A stretch of DNA of 64,000 nt from Terriglobia bacterium (GTDB lineage: Bacteria > Acidobacteriota > Polarisedimenticolia > Polarisedimenticolales > JAIQFR01): NCBI GenBank assembly GCA_963748015.1, contig CAVVHE010000004.1:1920001-1984000 (forward strand). The letters run 5' to 3'. The notes below the pieces were generated by a model. It saw nothing but the letters and a program-made list of their open reading frames with translations, had not been told where the DNA came from and made no database searches. The translations under genes and the position numbers were made by a program. Within the stretch, counting starts at the first letter, position 1. Every line of letters begins with the position of its first letter. Below, in pieces: positions 52,771 to 62,826 of the stretch.

Positions 52771-55026
52771 GTGCCCGCCGAAATGCCCCCCGAAGAGTGG
52801 ATCGGCTCCTCCGACGCCTTTTTCAACCGCGAGCTGAGCTGGCTGTCGTTCGCCCGCCGCGTGCTGGCCCTGGTGGAGGACCGGGAGTTGGCGCTCCTCG
52901 AGCGCCTGAAGTTCGCCGGCATCATGGGGATGCTCCACGACGAGTTCTTCATGAAGCGGATGAGCGGGATCAAGCGGCAGATGCAGAAGGGCTCGAAGAA
53001 GGCCTCGCTCGACGGGCGGCTGCCGCAAGAGGAGCACGCCGCGTGCCGAGAGGAGCTGCTGCGGCAGTCCGAGAAGCTCGCCCGCGCGGTGCGCGAGGAG
53101 ATCCTCCCCGCCCTCGCGCAGGAGCGGCTCCCGATCCTCGATCACGACGGGCTCGACGCATCCCAGAAGGAGCACCTTCGGGAGTACTTCCGACTGTCGG
53201 TCCTCCCGATCCTAACCCCGCTCGCGGTGGACGCGGAGCACCCGTTCCCGTTCATCAGCAACGTCGGCCTCAACCTGGCGGTTATCCTCCCCGACGACGG
53301 CGAGCGGGAGCGGTTCGCGCGAATCAAGGTCCCGGGAAACCGCCCGCGATGGGTGGCCCTACCCGGTGGCGCGGGGTTCACCCCGCTCGAGCAGGTGATC
53401 GCGGCGAACCTCGACCTCATGTTCCCGGCCGCGCCGCCCCGGAGGATCCACTTCTTCCGCGTCACCCGCGGCGCCGAGGGCGAGCGCCCTCCCGTCGTGG
53501 ACTTCGACGAGGACGAGGCCCTCCGGGAGCCGGGCAGCATCATCCGCATGGTCTCGGACGAGCTGAAGGCGCGGCGGTTCGCCGGGGTCGTCCGGCTCGA
53601 AGTCGACGACGGGATGCCGCGCAAGCTGGCCGCGTGGCTCTCGACGCAGCTCGAGATCGATCGCGACGACGTCTACCCCGCCGGGGCCTTCCTCGGGATG
53701 AGCGATCTGCTGCGCCTCGACGCGCCTGGGCGGGACGACCTCCGCTTTCCGCGGCACGTTCCGGCGACGCACCCGCGCCTGCGAGGACTGGACGGCGTCT
53801 CGAGCGACGCGATCTTCGAGGAGATCGCCCGCGGCGACATCCTGCTCCATCATCCCTACGACAGCTTCGACACGTCGGTCCTGCGATTCCTCGAGTCCGC
53901 CGCCGCCGATTCCGAGGTCCTCGCGATCAAGCTGACGATCTACCGGACGAGCAACGACTCGCCGATCGTCCGCGCGCTCGTGGAGGCCGCCCGCCGCGGA
54001 AAGCAGGTGGCGGTGCTCGTCGAGATCACGGCCCGGTTCGACGAGGCGCCCAACATCGCCTGGGGCCAGTACCTCGAGAACGAGGGGGTCCACGTCTCCT
54101 ACGGCGTGGAGAGCCTGAAGACCCACGTCAAGCTCGCGCTGGTGATCCGCGAGGAGGCCGGGAAGATCCGCCGCTACGTCCACGTCGGGACGGGGAACTA
54201 CCACACCGGCACCGCGAGGATCTACGAGGACATCGGGCTCTTGACGTGCGACCCCGACATCTGCGAGGACGTCGCCGCGGTCTACAACGAGCTGACCGGC
54301 GCGCTCCCGTCGGCGGAGCATCGCAAGCTCCTCGTCGCTCCGGCGACGATGCGCAAGCGGTTCGTCGAGCTGATCCGGCGCGAGGCGGAGCACGCCCGCG
54401 CCGGGAGGCCGTCGGGGATCCACGCGAAGATGAACCAGCTCCAGGACGCCGAGGTCATCCGCGAGCTCTACCGCGCGGGGCTCGCGGGGGTCCCGATCAA
54501 GCTCAACGTCCGCGGGCTCTGCTGCCTGCGCCCCGGCGTTCCCGGATTCTCGGAGAACATCAAGGTCTTCGGGGTCGTGGGCCGGTTCCTCGAGCACAGC
54601 CGCATCTACCGCTTCGAGAACGCGGGCGCTCCCGAGTTCTTCATCGGGTCCGCGGACTGGATGAAGCGGAACCTCGACAACCGCGTCGAGACCGTGATGC
54701 CCGTCGGGAGCGAGGCCGTACGGCGGGAGCTGGACGCGATCCTCGAGGTCTACGAGCGCGACAACGCGTCGGCGTGGGACTGCTCGAGCAACGGCCTGTA
54801 CGTCCGCCGCGCCCCCGCCGAGGGAGAGGAGCGGCGCGCCGCGCAGGAGGAGTTCATCCGCAGGGCGAGGGAGACGCGCGCCGCGGCGGACGAGCCGCCG
54901 CCGTGGGAGAGCCCCTCCGCCGGCCCGCCCGCCGTGCTCGGCGGCAACATCACCCTCGCAACGCCTCCCGTGGGCCGCCGTGGGCGCAGGGGCCCACGCG
55001 CCTCCGCCTTGAAGAGCGACGCCTGA
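52771..55026 (+). CDS. ppk1: Polyphosphate kinase 1
   Basis: FNRELSWLSF, DEFFMKR, HPFPFISN, DILLHHPYDSF, KTHVK, GTGNY, RFLEHSR, SADWMKRNL. Confidence 0.96.
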   Translation: MPAEMPPEEWIGSSDAFFNRELSWLSFARRVLALVEDRELALLERLKFAGIMGMLHDEFFMKRMSGIKRQMQKGSKKASLDGRLPQEEHAACREELLRQSEKLARAVREEILPALAQERLPILDHDGLDASQKEHLREYFRLSVLPILTPLAVDAEHPFPFISNVGLNLAVILPDDGERERFARIKVPGNRPRWVALPGGAGFTPLEQVIAANLDLMFPAAPPRRIHFFRVTRGAEGERPPVVDFDEDEALREPGSIIRMVSDELKARRFAGVVRLEVDDGMPRKLAAWLSTQLEIDRDDVYPAGAFLGMSDLLRLDAPGRDDLRFPRHVPATHPRLRGLDGVSSDAIFEEIARGDILLHHPYDSFDTSVLRFLESAAADSEVLAIKLTIYRTSNDSPIVRALVEAARRGKQVAVLVEITARFDEAPNIAWGQYLENEGVHVSYGVESLKTHVKLALVIREEAGKIRRYVHVGTGNYHTGTARIYEDIGLLTCDPDICEDVAAVYNELTGALPSAEHRKLLVAPATMRKRFVELIRREAEHARAGRPSGIHAKMNQLQDAEVIRELYRAGLAGVPIKLNVRGLCCLRPGVPGFSENIKVFGVVGRFLEHSRIYRFENAGAPEFFIGSADWMKRNLDNRVETVMPVGSEAVRRELDAILEVYERDNASAWDCSSNGLYVRRAPAEGEERRAAQEEFIRRARETRAAADEPPPWESPSAGPPAVLGGNITLATPPVGRRGRRGPRASALKSDA

Positions 55027-55031
55027 TCTAG

Positions 55032-55303
55032 GAGCCTGTCCGAGTAATCCCGTGGGCCGCGCGCATGGGGCTTGCGAGTCGGAGTCGAGGAGCGAGGAGG
55101 AAGACGATGTGCCTCCATCGACGACGACGAGCGACGATGGATCCGACCGCAACCCCCATGCGCCCTTTGGGTTCGGGGCGGCGTGGGGGCGTCTGCGTCG
55201 TCGCCGCTCCTTATCGATGGAGGAACATCGACCGCGTCGCGGCTCCTCGCATCCGCCCCCACGGCGCCCCGAACGCGGCCTACGGGATTACTCGGACAGG
55301 CTC
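55032..55303. mobile_element. MITE (272 bp) with terminal inverted repeats and CTAG/CTGG flanks
   Basis: TIR gagcctgtccgagtaatcccgt / acgggattactcggacaggctc; flanked by CTAG (55028-55031) and CTGG (55304-55307); no coding capacity. Confidence 0.75.
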
Positions 55304-55329
55304 CTGGAGTTTTCGAGCGCACTCCCGCG

Positions 55330-57333
55330 TCACGGACAGGCTGCGGCCGCGGCGTTGATCGCGGCGTCGCGGGGGGATGCTCCGCCGCCCGCGAACTCGC
55401 CGTACGTGCCCTTGCAGACCCCTCGCTCGCCGCGCACCAGGTACCAGAAGCCGCCCTCGGGAGCCGGGTCCGGCTCGCTCACGAGTAGCGGCGTCGCGAT
55501 CACGGCGGCGGCCAGGCAGCGCACCGCGGACGCCGCGACGTCCCCCGTCGAGCGAAGCGCGACGAGGTCTCCCTCGACCACCCCGTAGGCCGAGGCGTTC
55601 GCCGCCGCCGTCCACGAGAGCAGGGTCCCCGAGGCGTCCCGGCCGGCCGCGAGGACGGGAGCGTCCACCAGCGGGCAGGTCCCGCAGGTGTCGAACTTGA
55701 ACGCGCCGATCCGCGTCCGCCACCCGTAGGGCGAGCTCGAGGCGTAGTACTCCTGCGTGTACCAGAACGTGCAGTCGTCGGCGGGATCGACGCTCAGGGC
55801 GCTGTAGTCGCCCCATCGCGCGGCGCCGGCCTGCGAGCCGCCGCCGCTTGCGAGCGTCCCCTCGGGGTGCGGCATCGTGCCGGGGGGATCCGACGCGAGC
55901 CTCCCGGCATAGCGCACCGACGGGAACGTCGCGGCGCCCGCGACGCTGTACCCCAGCGCGATGTCCCCGGCGCCGTCGGCCGCGACGCTTCCCATCCATC
56001 GGTGGTCCGCGTCGGGCGCCACGGTCCCGGCCTGCGCGACGAACGGCGCGGGCCCGTCGAGGCCGCGGAGCTCGTACCAGCGGACCCCGGCGTGGTCGAG
56101 TCCGTCCACGTCCACGGTGTGGTTCACGGTGAGGCTCTCGTGCGCGACGAAGTTCCGGTAGGCGAGGCGGGACATGAGGCGGTCGGCGATCGCGTCCACC
56201 CTGCTGCCGCCCGGCAACGGGATGCACGCCGCCGCGTAGCCGCACAGGTCGGCGTTGAACGAGAGGCCGGCGGCGGTGAGGTCGATGACCGCGTCGGGGT
56301 TCCCGTCGGCGCCGAACGTGGAGAGGGAGGTGTCGGCCCAGTCCACGTGGAACCTCGAGAGCTGAAGCCGGTCGCTCGGCCAGCCCCACGCGTCGTCGTC
56401 CACCTCGGCGAACCACGCCGGCGACCCCGCCGGCGGCGGGATCGGGCCGTCGAGATCGGCGGGGAGCTGGCCCCCGAGGGCGGGATTCACCGCGTACAGG
56501 TCGAACACGACCATGCGGGCCGGCTGTCCCGCGAGCATCCTGTCCCGCTCGAACGCCGCGGCCGCCTGCCCGCGCCAGCCCTGGGTGGCGGCGTCGAACT
56601 GGTTGACGGCCATGTAGTAGGCGTCCGGCCAGACGGCGAATTTCGGATAGTCGTTGAGGATCGTCTGGCTCCACGGGAAATCGTAGCGGTGCCACGCGCC
56701 GGTGGGATCGCCGGTCTGCGACACCGCGATGCACTGGTGGAAGTTCCCGGGCCAGTCGAAGGCGAGCTGGCTCGCGAGCCACCGATCTGCGAGCGGGTCG
56801 TACAGGACGATCGGGTCGCCGTTGTCGTGCGTTTCGCAGATGCCGCCGAACCCGGCCCACAGCGTCCGCCCGCTCACCGGACCGAGGAGCAACTTCCCCG
56901 TCTTGTCCCAGATCGCCAGGGACAGGTTGACCCACTGGACGTAGTGCTTGGGCCCGACGTCACCCACGGTGTCCGGCGGGACCCGGTTGCTGAGGTTCGA
57001 GACCCCCTCGAAGCCGGCGAGCGGCGAGGGCATCGGGGCTCCCTCGAGAACCGGCCGCGAGGCGTAGCACGCGTCCACGGTTCCGGCGCCGGCCTTGGCC
57101 TCGTAGCGCCCCGGCAGCACGAGATTCAGGCTCGGCTCCTCGGACTCGGCGCGCTCGGCGGCGGGCGGGATCGAGCGAAGCGGCGGGGAGGTGTCGTGGG
57201 CCGCGGCCCACGCGACGGACGGCACGAGCCGGGCCGGAGCGGGAGCACCCGGGGAGACGCCCCGCCCCGCGGCGGAGACCGCGAGGCCCGCCGAAAGACC
57301 CACGACGATCGCGACCGTACCCGGCGCCCGCAT
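55330..57333 (-). CDS. Secreted hypothetical protein (beta-rich domain plus C-terminal beta domain)
   Basis: Signal peptide; PPDTVGDVGP.HYVQ.VN, GDPIVLYD..ADRW, DYPK, RWMGS, RWGDYS..VDP.DDCTFWYT.EY. Confidence 0.85.
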   Translation of the reverse strand: MRAPGTVAIVVGLSAGLAVSAAGRGVSPGAPAPARLVPSVAWAAAHDTSPPLRSIPPAAERAESEEPSLNLVLPGRYEAKAGAGTVDACYASRPVLEGAPMPSPLAGFEGVSNLSNRVPPDTVGDVGPKHYVQWVNLSLAIWDKTGKLLLGPVSGRTLWAGFGGICETHDNGDPIVLYDPLADRWLASQLAFDWPGNFHQCIAVSQTGDPTGAWHRYDFPWSQTILNDYPKFAVWPDAYYMAVNQFDAATQGWRGQAAAAFERDRMLAGQPARMVVFDLYAVNPALGGQLPADLDGPIPPPAGSPAWFAEVDDDAWGWPSDRLQLSRFHVDWADTSLSTFGADGNPDAVIDLTAAGLSFNADLCGYAAACIPLPGGSRVDAIADRLMSRLAYRNFVAHESLTVNHTVDVDGLDHAGVRWYELRGLDGPAPFVAQAGTVAPDADHRWMGSVAADGAGDIALGYSVAGAATFPSVRYAGRLASDPPGTMPHPEGTLASGGGSQAGAARWGDYSALSVDPADDCTFWYTQEYYASSSPYGWRTRIGAFKFDTCGTCPLVDAPVLAAGRDASGTLLSWTAAANASAYGVVEGDLVALRSTGDVAASAVRCLAAAVIATPLLVSEPDPAPEGGFWYLVRGERGVCKGTYGEFAGGGASPRDAAINAAAAACP

Positions 57334-57460
57334 CCCGCTCCCCTCCGTCCCCCGCTCGCTCCGGGGGAAATTCTATGGCGGGAGCACCGTCTTCGCCCGT
57401 GCGCCGGGCGCCGTTTCGTCGCTTGACTCCGCGGCCTCGCGCAAGGATGCTCGTCGGCCC

Positions 57461-59470
57461 ATGGACACCGTCGCCTCGATGTTTCGCGGCCGGGCGGCCC
57501 GCGCGGCGCTGCTCGCGGCCCTCGCCGTTCTCGCGGCGCTCGCCGCGGTCGAGGCGGCCGGAGCGGGGCGCGGATGGTGGTTCTCGTGGGCTCGCGAGCT
57601 GTCGGTCGCGCTGCTCGTACTCCTCTCGGCGTGGTCCGCCGGGCGCTTCGCGCTCGGGATCGTCCTCGGGGAGGACTCCGAGGGACGCCGGGGCGTCGTG
57701 GTCGAGACCGCCGCCGGCCTCTCGATCCTCTGCGGCGCGACGATGGCGCTCGGGACCCTCGGCGGCGTCCGCCCCGTCTTGCTGGCCCTCCTCCTCGCGG
57801 CGGGGCTGGTCCCCGCGGCGCGCGGTTGGCTCGCGCGGCGCCGCGGAGCCGTCGACCCCGCGCCCGATCTTCCGAGCCCGGCACGCTGCCGGCAGCCTGC
57901 CGCCTCCTCCTGGCCGTCGTGGCCTGGGAACATCGCGGTGGCGGCAGTGCTCGCGCTCGGGTTCCTGTACGCCTCGCTCCCGCCGGTCTTCTACGACACG
58001 CTGGTGTACCACCTCGGCCTCCCGAACCTCTATCTCGCCACCGGCTCGCTCACCTACTGGAGCGGCTCGTACCTTTCGAGTTATCCCCAGAATGCCGAGA
58101 TGCTCGGCGTGCTCGCGATGGCGCTCGGCGGCGAGAAGGCCGCCCAGCTCCTCGGCTTCGGCATCGCCTGTTTGATCGTCGTCGCGGTGCGGCGGCTCGC
58201 GCGGCGGGAGGCAGGGGCGGCCGGGGCCGACCTCGCGTTCCTGTTCCTCGCGTCGCAGTGGCCGTTCTGGTTCGGCGCCTGTTTCGGGAAGAACGACCTC
58301 ACCGGGGCGCTCTTCCTCGTCGCCGCCTTGGCGGTCGCGCTCGAACCGTCTCCCTCGAGGCCGCTGCGCTCGCTGGCCGTCGCGGGCGCCTTGGCGGGCT
58401 TCGGCGTCGGGGTCAAGCTCACCAACGCGCTTCCGGCGCTTCTGATCGCTTGCGTTCCCCTGCTCGAGCGGGGCGTCCTCACGAGGGAGCGGGCCCGCCG
58501 CTCGGCCGTCTTCCTGCTCGCCGTGCTCGTCACGGCCTCGCCGTGGCCGGTCCGCAACGCGGTGTACCGAGGCAATCCCTTCTTCCCGGCCTTCTACTCC
58601 CTCCTCGGCGGGCGAGATTTCTCCCAGGCGGCGGCGGAGCGGATGGAGCGCGACTCGCTCATGGACATGGACCGCTCCCCCGGCGCGGCGGCGGCGAGGG
58701 TCGCCGGGATCGGCTTCGACCGGGAGCGCTACGCGAGCGGCGGAGAGCTTTCCCCGCTGACGATCCCGCTCCTGCTCCTCGGGCTCGCGCTCTCCCGTCG
58801 GAGGGAGACGGCCGCCCCGCTGGGGATCGCGCTCCTCACTCTGGCCGGCGGCGTCGGCTTCCTCTCGGCGGTGGTGCGCGTGTACGCGATCGCCTGGGTC
58901 CTCGTGCCGCTGGCGGCGGCGGTCGCCTACGCGAGATTCCGCGCGTGGCCGTGGCGGGCCGCCGTCGTGCTGGCGGTGGCCGCGGCCGCGGTCCCGGGGC
59001 TCGCCTTCTCGACCCGCATGCTCGAGGCGGTCTCGGCGGGCGGCCACCGCGTCTTCCTCGGCCGCCTCGATCCGGCGGACTATCTTGCGGGCCGGGTGAA
59101 CTACCTCGAGGTGGCGGACTACGCGAACGCCCGCCTGCCGGACGACAGCCGGATCCTCGCCGTCGGCACGTCGCGCACCGTCTACATCCGCCGGCGATGC
59201 GATGCGCCGAGCGCCTGGGACGACGCGTGGATCGCGCGCGCGTCCCGCCCCGGGGCCGACCCGACGGCGCTGCGAGACGAGCTGCGGGACATGGGGTACA
59301 CCCACGTCCTCCTGAACGCGCAGGAGCTGCAGGAGTCCGAGCCGGCGAGGCGCGCCGCGGGGATCCTGGGCGATCCGGCGGCCCCCGGCCGGCTCGACGC
59401 CTTCTTCAGGACGCTGCGCCCGTTGTTCGGAGCCAACGGCTGCACCCTGTTCGAGATCCCCGGGTCTTGA
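57461..59470 (+). CDS. Polytopic membrane protein, GT-C glycosyltransferase-like
   Basis: PPVFYDTLVYHLGLP, YP.NAEML, KND, GVKLT, PW.VRN....GNPFFP; many TM helices. Confidence 0.8.
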   Translation: MDTVASMFRGRAARAALLAALAVLAALAAVEAAGAGRGWWFSWARELSVALLVLLSAWSAGRFALGIVLGEDSEGRRGVVVETAAGLSILCGATMALGTLGGVRPVLLALLLAAGLVPAARGWLARRRGAVDPAPDLPSPARCRQPAASSWPSWPGNIAVAAVLALGFLYASLPPVFYDTLVYHLGLPNLYLATGSLTYWSGSYLSSYPQNAEMLGVLAMALGGEKAAQLLGFGIACLIVVAVRRLARREAGAAGADLAFLFLASQWPFWFGACFGKNDLTGALFLVAALAVALEPSPSRPLRSLAVAGALAGFGVGVKLTNALPALLIACVPLLERGVLTRERARRSAVFLLAVLVTASPWPVRNAVYRGNPFFPAFYSLLGGRDFSQAAAERMERDSLMDMDRSPGAAAARVAGIGFDRERYASGGELSPLTIPLLLLGLALSRRRETAAPLGIALLTLAGGVGFLSAVVRVYAIAWVLVPLAAAVAYARFRAWPWRAAVVLAVAAAAVPGLAFSTRMLEAVSAGGHRVFLGRLDPADYLAGRVNYLEVADYANARLPDDSRILAVGTSRTVYIRRRCDAPSAWDDAWIARASRPGADPTALRDELRDMGYTHVLLNAQELQESEPARRAAGILGDPAAPGRLDAFFRTLRPLFGANGCTLFEIPGS

Positions 59471-59495
59471 GCGTGCCGGCGCGCCCGCCGGTACA

Positions 59496-60371
59496 ATGGC
59501 CGCGATGGAAAGGCGTGCCCTTCCAACGAACCTGCGCCTCGGAACCTCGTCGTTCTCGAGCGACGACTGGGTCGGCTCGTTCTATCCGGAGGGGACGCGC
59601 CCGGAGGCATTCCTGGGGGAATACGCCCGCCGGTTCGACGCCGTGGAGATCGATGCGACCTTCTACCGGATCCCGTCGGCGCGCCAGGTGGACGGCTGGC
59701 GGGACCGGACCCCGGAGGGTTTCGCGTTCGCCGCGAAGATCCCGCGGTCGGTCACCCACGGCGAGGGAGGTCCGGAGACCCTCGACGACCTGAATCGCTT
59801 CCTCGACGTCATGAGGCGGCTCGGCCCCAAGCTCGGCCCCCTGCTCTTCCAGTTCCCCTACGTCGCCAAGGGGCGCGACGCGGACGAGTACGCGACGGGA
59901 GGCCGCTTCCGCGCGAACCTGGCCGGGATCTTCGAGCAGCTCCCCGGCGACCTCGCCTTCGCCGTCGAGGTGCGGAACGAGAAGTGGATTGCGCCTCCCC
60001 TGCTCGACCTCCTGCGGTCGCGCGGCGTGGCGCTGGCGCTGATCGACTACTACACGACGCCGGGAATGTCGCGGCTCGCCGCGAGCCCCGAGGCGGTGAC
60101 GTCGCGATTCGCCTACCTTCGGTTCCTGGGAAACCACCGCGAGATGGATGCCCTGGTGGAGAAGAAGGCCGATTCGGGGGGGCGCCGCTGGGACGCCGTC
60201 GTTCGCGACCGCGCTCGCGAGACGCGCGCGTGGGTGCCCGCGGTCGCCGCCTTGACGCGCAGGGTCGAGACCGTTTACGCGTTCTTCAACAATCACTACG
60301 CCGGCTTCGCCCCGGGCTCGATCGAGCTGTTCCGCTCGGTGTGGGAGGAGTCGTTCCCCGGGAGCGCGTGA
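59496..60371 (+). CDS. DUF72 family protein
   Basis: GTSSFS..DW.GSFYP, VEIDATFY, KLGPLLFQFP, AVEVRN, YAFFNNHYAG. Confidence 0.93.
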   Translation: MAAMERRALPTNLRLGTSSFSSDDWVGSFYPEGTRPEAFLGEYARRFDAVEIDATFYRIPSARQVDGWRDRTPEGFAFAAKIPRSVTHGEGGPETLDDLNRFLDVMRRLGPKLGPLLFQFPYVAKGRDADEYATGGRFRANLAGIFEQLPGDLAFAVEVRNEKWIAPPLLDLLRSRGVALALIDYYTTPGMSRLAASPEAVTSRFAYLRFLGNHREMDALVEKKADSGGRRWDAVVRDRARETRAWVPAVAALTRRVETVYAFFNNHYAGFAPGSIELFRSVWEESFPGSA

Positions 60372-60578
60372 GACTCGTCGCGACCCGAAGCGGGGCTCGC
60401 GAGGACATGGTACGTTGGCTTGCTTGTGACAACGCTTGTCGTTTCGCGACCGCCGGTGCGACATCCTCGGGCGGGCGGGTCCGGCACCGGTCACCCCGGA
60501 GCGCCCGGAAAATCCGGCTCGACGGCGAAAGAGGCGCCAAACGGTCGTTTCCGCCGGGCGATCCCGCGGGACGGTTGT

Positions 60579-60594
60579 TGGCACCGCGGTTGCA
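60579..60594 (+). promoter_or_regulatory. Sigma-54 (-24/-12) promoter of the pilin gene
   Basis: TGGCAC-CGCGG-TTGCA matches the consensus, 40 nt upstream of the ATG. Confidence 0.85.
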
Positions 60595-60634
60595 AGTTGG
60601 ATACCTCGGACCAGAGCAAGGAGGACATGAAAAA

Positions 60635-61085
60635 ATGAGGAACCAGAAAGGCTTCACGCTGATCGAGCTGCTGATCGTGGTTGCGATCATCGGCATCATC
60701 GCCGCCATCGCCATCCCGAACCTGCTGAACGCGATCGACCGCGGCAAGCAGAAGCGGATCCATGGCGGACCTTCGCTCCATCGGCACGGCCGTCGAGTCG
60801 TACGCCATCGACAACAACTACTACCCGGCCGCGACCGACATCGCGACGCTCGGCGCCGTGGCGACGAACGTGGTGCCGATCTACATCAAGACGATGCCGA
60901 TCCAGGACGGCTGGCGGCACGACTTCTACGTCAACTCGACGACCACGGGCTACACGCTCGCCTCCGGCGGCAAGGACGGCGGCGGTATCACCGGTTGGGT
61001 GGGCGGCGCCACGCAGGACTTCAACGCGGCGATCGTCTTCACCGCCGGCCAGTTCTCGCAGTGGCCCGAGGGCGTACAGCAGTAG
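60635..61085 (+). pseudogene. Type IV pilin / GspG-like pseudopilin with a +1 frameshift (may be a consensus error)
   Basis: MRNQKG^FTLIELLIVVAIIGIIAAIAIP continues in another frame as MADLRSIGTAVESYAIDN...DGW...YTLASGGKDG; one extra base within ATCC at 60758-60761. Confidence 0.85.
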
Positions 61086-61112
61086 ACGGCGCAGCGGATC
61101 TCCTTCCGACGG

Positions 61113-61147
61113 AAGGCGGCGGGTTCGTCCCGCCGCCTTTCGTTTTT
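61113..61147 (+). terminator. Rho-independent terminator
   Basis: aaggcggcggg-ttcgt-cccgccgcctt followed by tcgttttt. Confidence 0.85.
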
Positions 61148-61216
61148 GGGGCGAGTTGACGCCGGGGCGGGAGAGGTGGTTTGCTTGTGAACCGTCCTGA
61201 CCAAGGAGGCGGTCCG

Positions 61217-61822
61217 ATGGAGCCCGAGTTCCTGCTGTACCGTGCCATCAACTTCTCCGAGCGCGCGCATCGCGGACAGCTTCGGAAGGGCACCGAGAAG
61301 CCCTACTTCACGCACCCGGTCGCCGTCGGGATGATGGTCCTCGCCCACGGCCACGGTGTCGAGGCCGCGGTGGTCGGGCTCCTTCACGACGTGATCGAGG
61401 ACACCCCCGCGGACAGGGACGAGGTCGAGGAGGCGTTCGGCTCCTCGATCGCCCAGGCGGTGGTGGACCTCTCCGAGCTCGACAAGACCCTCCCGTGGGA
61501 GGAACGGAAGCTCGCCTACGTCGCGCATCTGGCCGAGGCGACCGATCTCGCACTGCCGGCGTGCGCGGCCGACAAGATCCACAATCTGCGCAGCCTCCTC
61601 TGGGACCTCGACGACGCCCGCCGGGAGGGGCTCGACCCGGACCTGGTCTGGCGGCGATTCAAGCGCCCGCCGCACCAGATCGCCGCCTATCACCGCGCGG
61701 TCTGGGCCGCCCTGGGGAGCCGAGGGTTCGTGGGGCCTTTGAGCGACCTCCTGGACTCGGCGATCCATCGCTTCGCCTCGGTCGTCGGGACCGACCCCGC
61801 CCGCGATCATTTCCTGCGCTGA
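61217..61822 (+). CDS. HD-domain protein, Mesh1/SpoT-hydrolase-like (small alarmone hydrolase)
   Basis: AHRGQLRKG...PYFTHP, LLHDVIEDT, WEERK, ADKIHNLRS; AAGGAGG RBS. Confidence 0.88.
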   Translation: MEPEFLLYRAINFSERAHRGQLRKGTEKPYFTHPVAVGMMVLAHGHGVEAAVVGLLHDVIEDTPADRDEVEEAFGSSIAQAVVDLSELDKTLPWEERKLAYVAHLAEATDLALPACAADKIHNLRSLLWDLDDARREGLDPDLVWRRFKRPPHQIAAYHRAVWAALGSRGFVGPLSDLLDSAIHRFASVVGTDPARDHFLR

Positions 61823-61826
61823 CCGC

Positions 61827-62822
61827 ATGGCCGACCGCATCGAGATCCAGTTCCGCGAGGCCGCGGACCGGCTCCTCCCGGCGCGCGGCACCGTCCTCGT
61901 CGCGGTGTCCGGCGGCGCCGACTCGGTGGCGCTCCTCCACCTCCTGGCGCGATTCGCGGCCCGTCGCTCTCTCCGGCTCGTGGTCGCCCACCTCGACCAC
62001 GCGCTCCGCCGGGGATCGCCCGCGGACCGCCGCTTCGTGGGACGCCTCTCGGCGAGCCTCGGATATCCATGTCTCTCGGACCGCCGCGACGTGGCCTCGC
62101 TCCGGCTCCGCGGAGAGTCGCCCGAGGAGGCCGCGCGCCGCGTGAGGCGCGGGTTCCTGGTCGAGACCGCCGCGCGCGCGGGCGCCGCGCGTATCGCGAC
62201 GGGGCACACGCTCGACGACCAGGCGGAGACCGTGCTGATGCGTCTCGCTCGCGGCGCCGGACCCTCGGCGCTGGCGGGGATGGAGGCCTCGGGGCCGGGC
62301 CCGTTCGTGCGCCCCTTGCTGGGGATCGAGCGGGCCGACCTCCGCGCGTGGCTCGGCCGCCGGGGCCTTTCGCACCGGGAGGACCCGTCGAACCGCGCCC
62401 TCCTCTACGATCGGAACCGGGTGCGCCGTCTCGTGATTCCCGCGCTGGCGGAGGCGCTCAATCCCCGGGCCGCCCGTCACCTGGTGGAAGCCGCGGACCG
62501 TCTCCGCGGGGATGCGAGATACCTGGACGATCTCGCGGGAAGGCGGTTCTCGGGCGTCGCCCGCGTCTCGTCCCGCGGCACGCTGGCGCTGGACGCCGGA
62601 GCCCTCGCCCGGGCCCCCTCCTGTCTCGCCGCGAGGATCGCCCGGCTCGCGCTGGCGCGGGCGGGGGCCGACCCGCGCCGCATCGGATCGCGGCATATCG
62701 ACGCCTTGCTCGGCCTCGCGCGCGGAGAGGACGGCCGGCAGGCCGACCTGCCGGGGGGCCTCCTCGCCTCGAGGCGGGGGCGGCGAATTCTCCTGGAGCG
62801 GCGGGCCCGCCCGAAGAGGTGA
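61827..62822 (+). CDS. tilS: tRNA(Ile)-lysidine synthetase
   Basis: VAVSGGADS, HLDHALR, TGHTLDDQAETVLMRL.RG, RPLL, EDPSN, RNRVR. Confidence 0.95.
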   Translation: MADRIEIQFREAADRLLPARGTVLVAVSGGADSVALLHLLARFAARRSLRLVVAHLDHALRRGSPADRRFVGRLSASLGYPCLSDRRDVASLRLRGESPEEAARRVRRGFLVETAARAGAARIATGHTLDDQAETVLMRLARGAGPSALAGMEASGPGPFVRPLLGIERADLRAWLGRRGLSHREDPSNRALLYDRNRVRRLVIPALAEALNPRAARHLVEAADRLRGDARYLDDLAGRRFSGVARVSSRGTLALDAGALARAPSCLAARIARLALARAGADPRRIGSRHIDALLGLARGEDGRQADLPGGLLASRRGRRILLERRARPKR

Positions 62823-62826
62823 CGCG

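Noticed and set aside
60372..60578. Possible cyclic dinucleotide riboswitch upstream of the pilin
   Set aside because: No convincing GEMM architecture, and it lies upstream of the sigma54 promoter; more likely an activator-binding region
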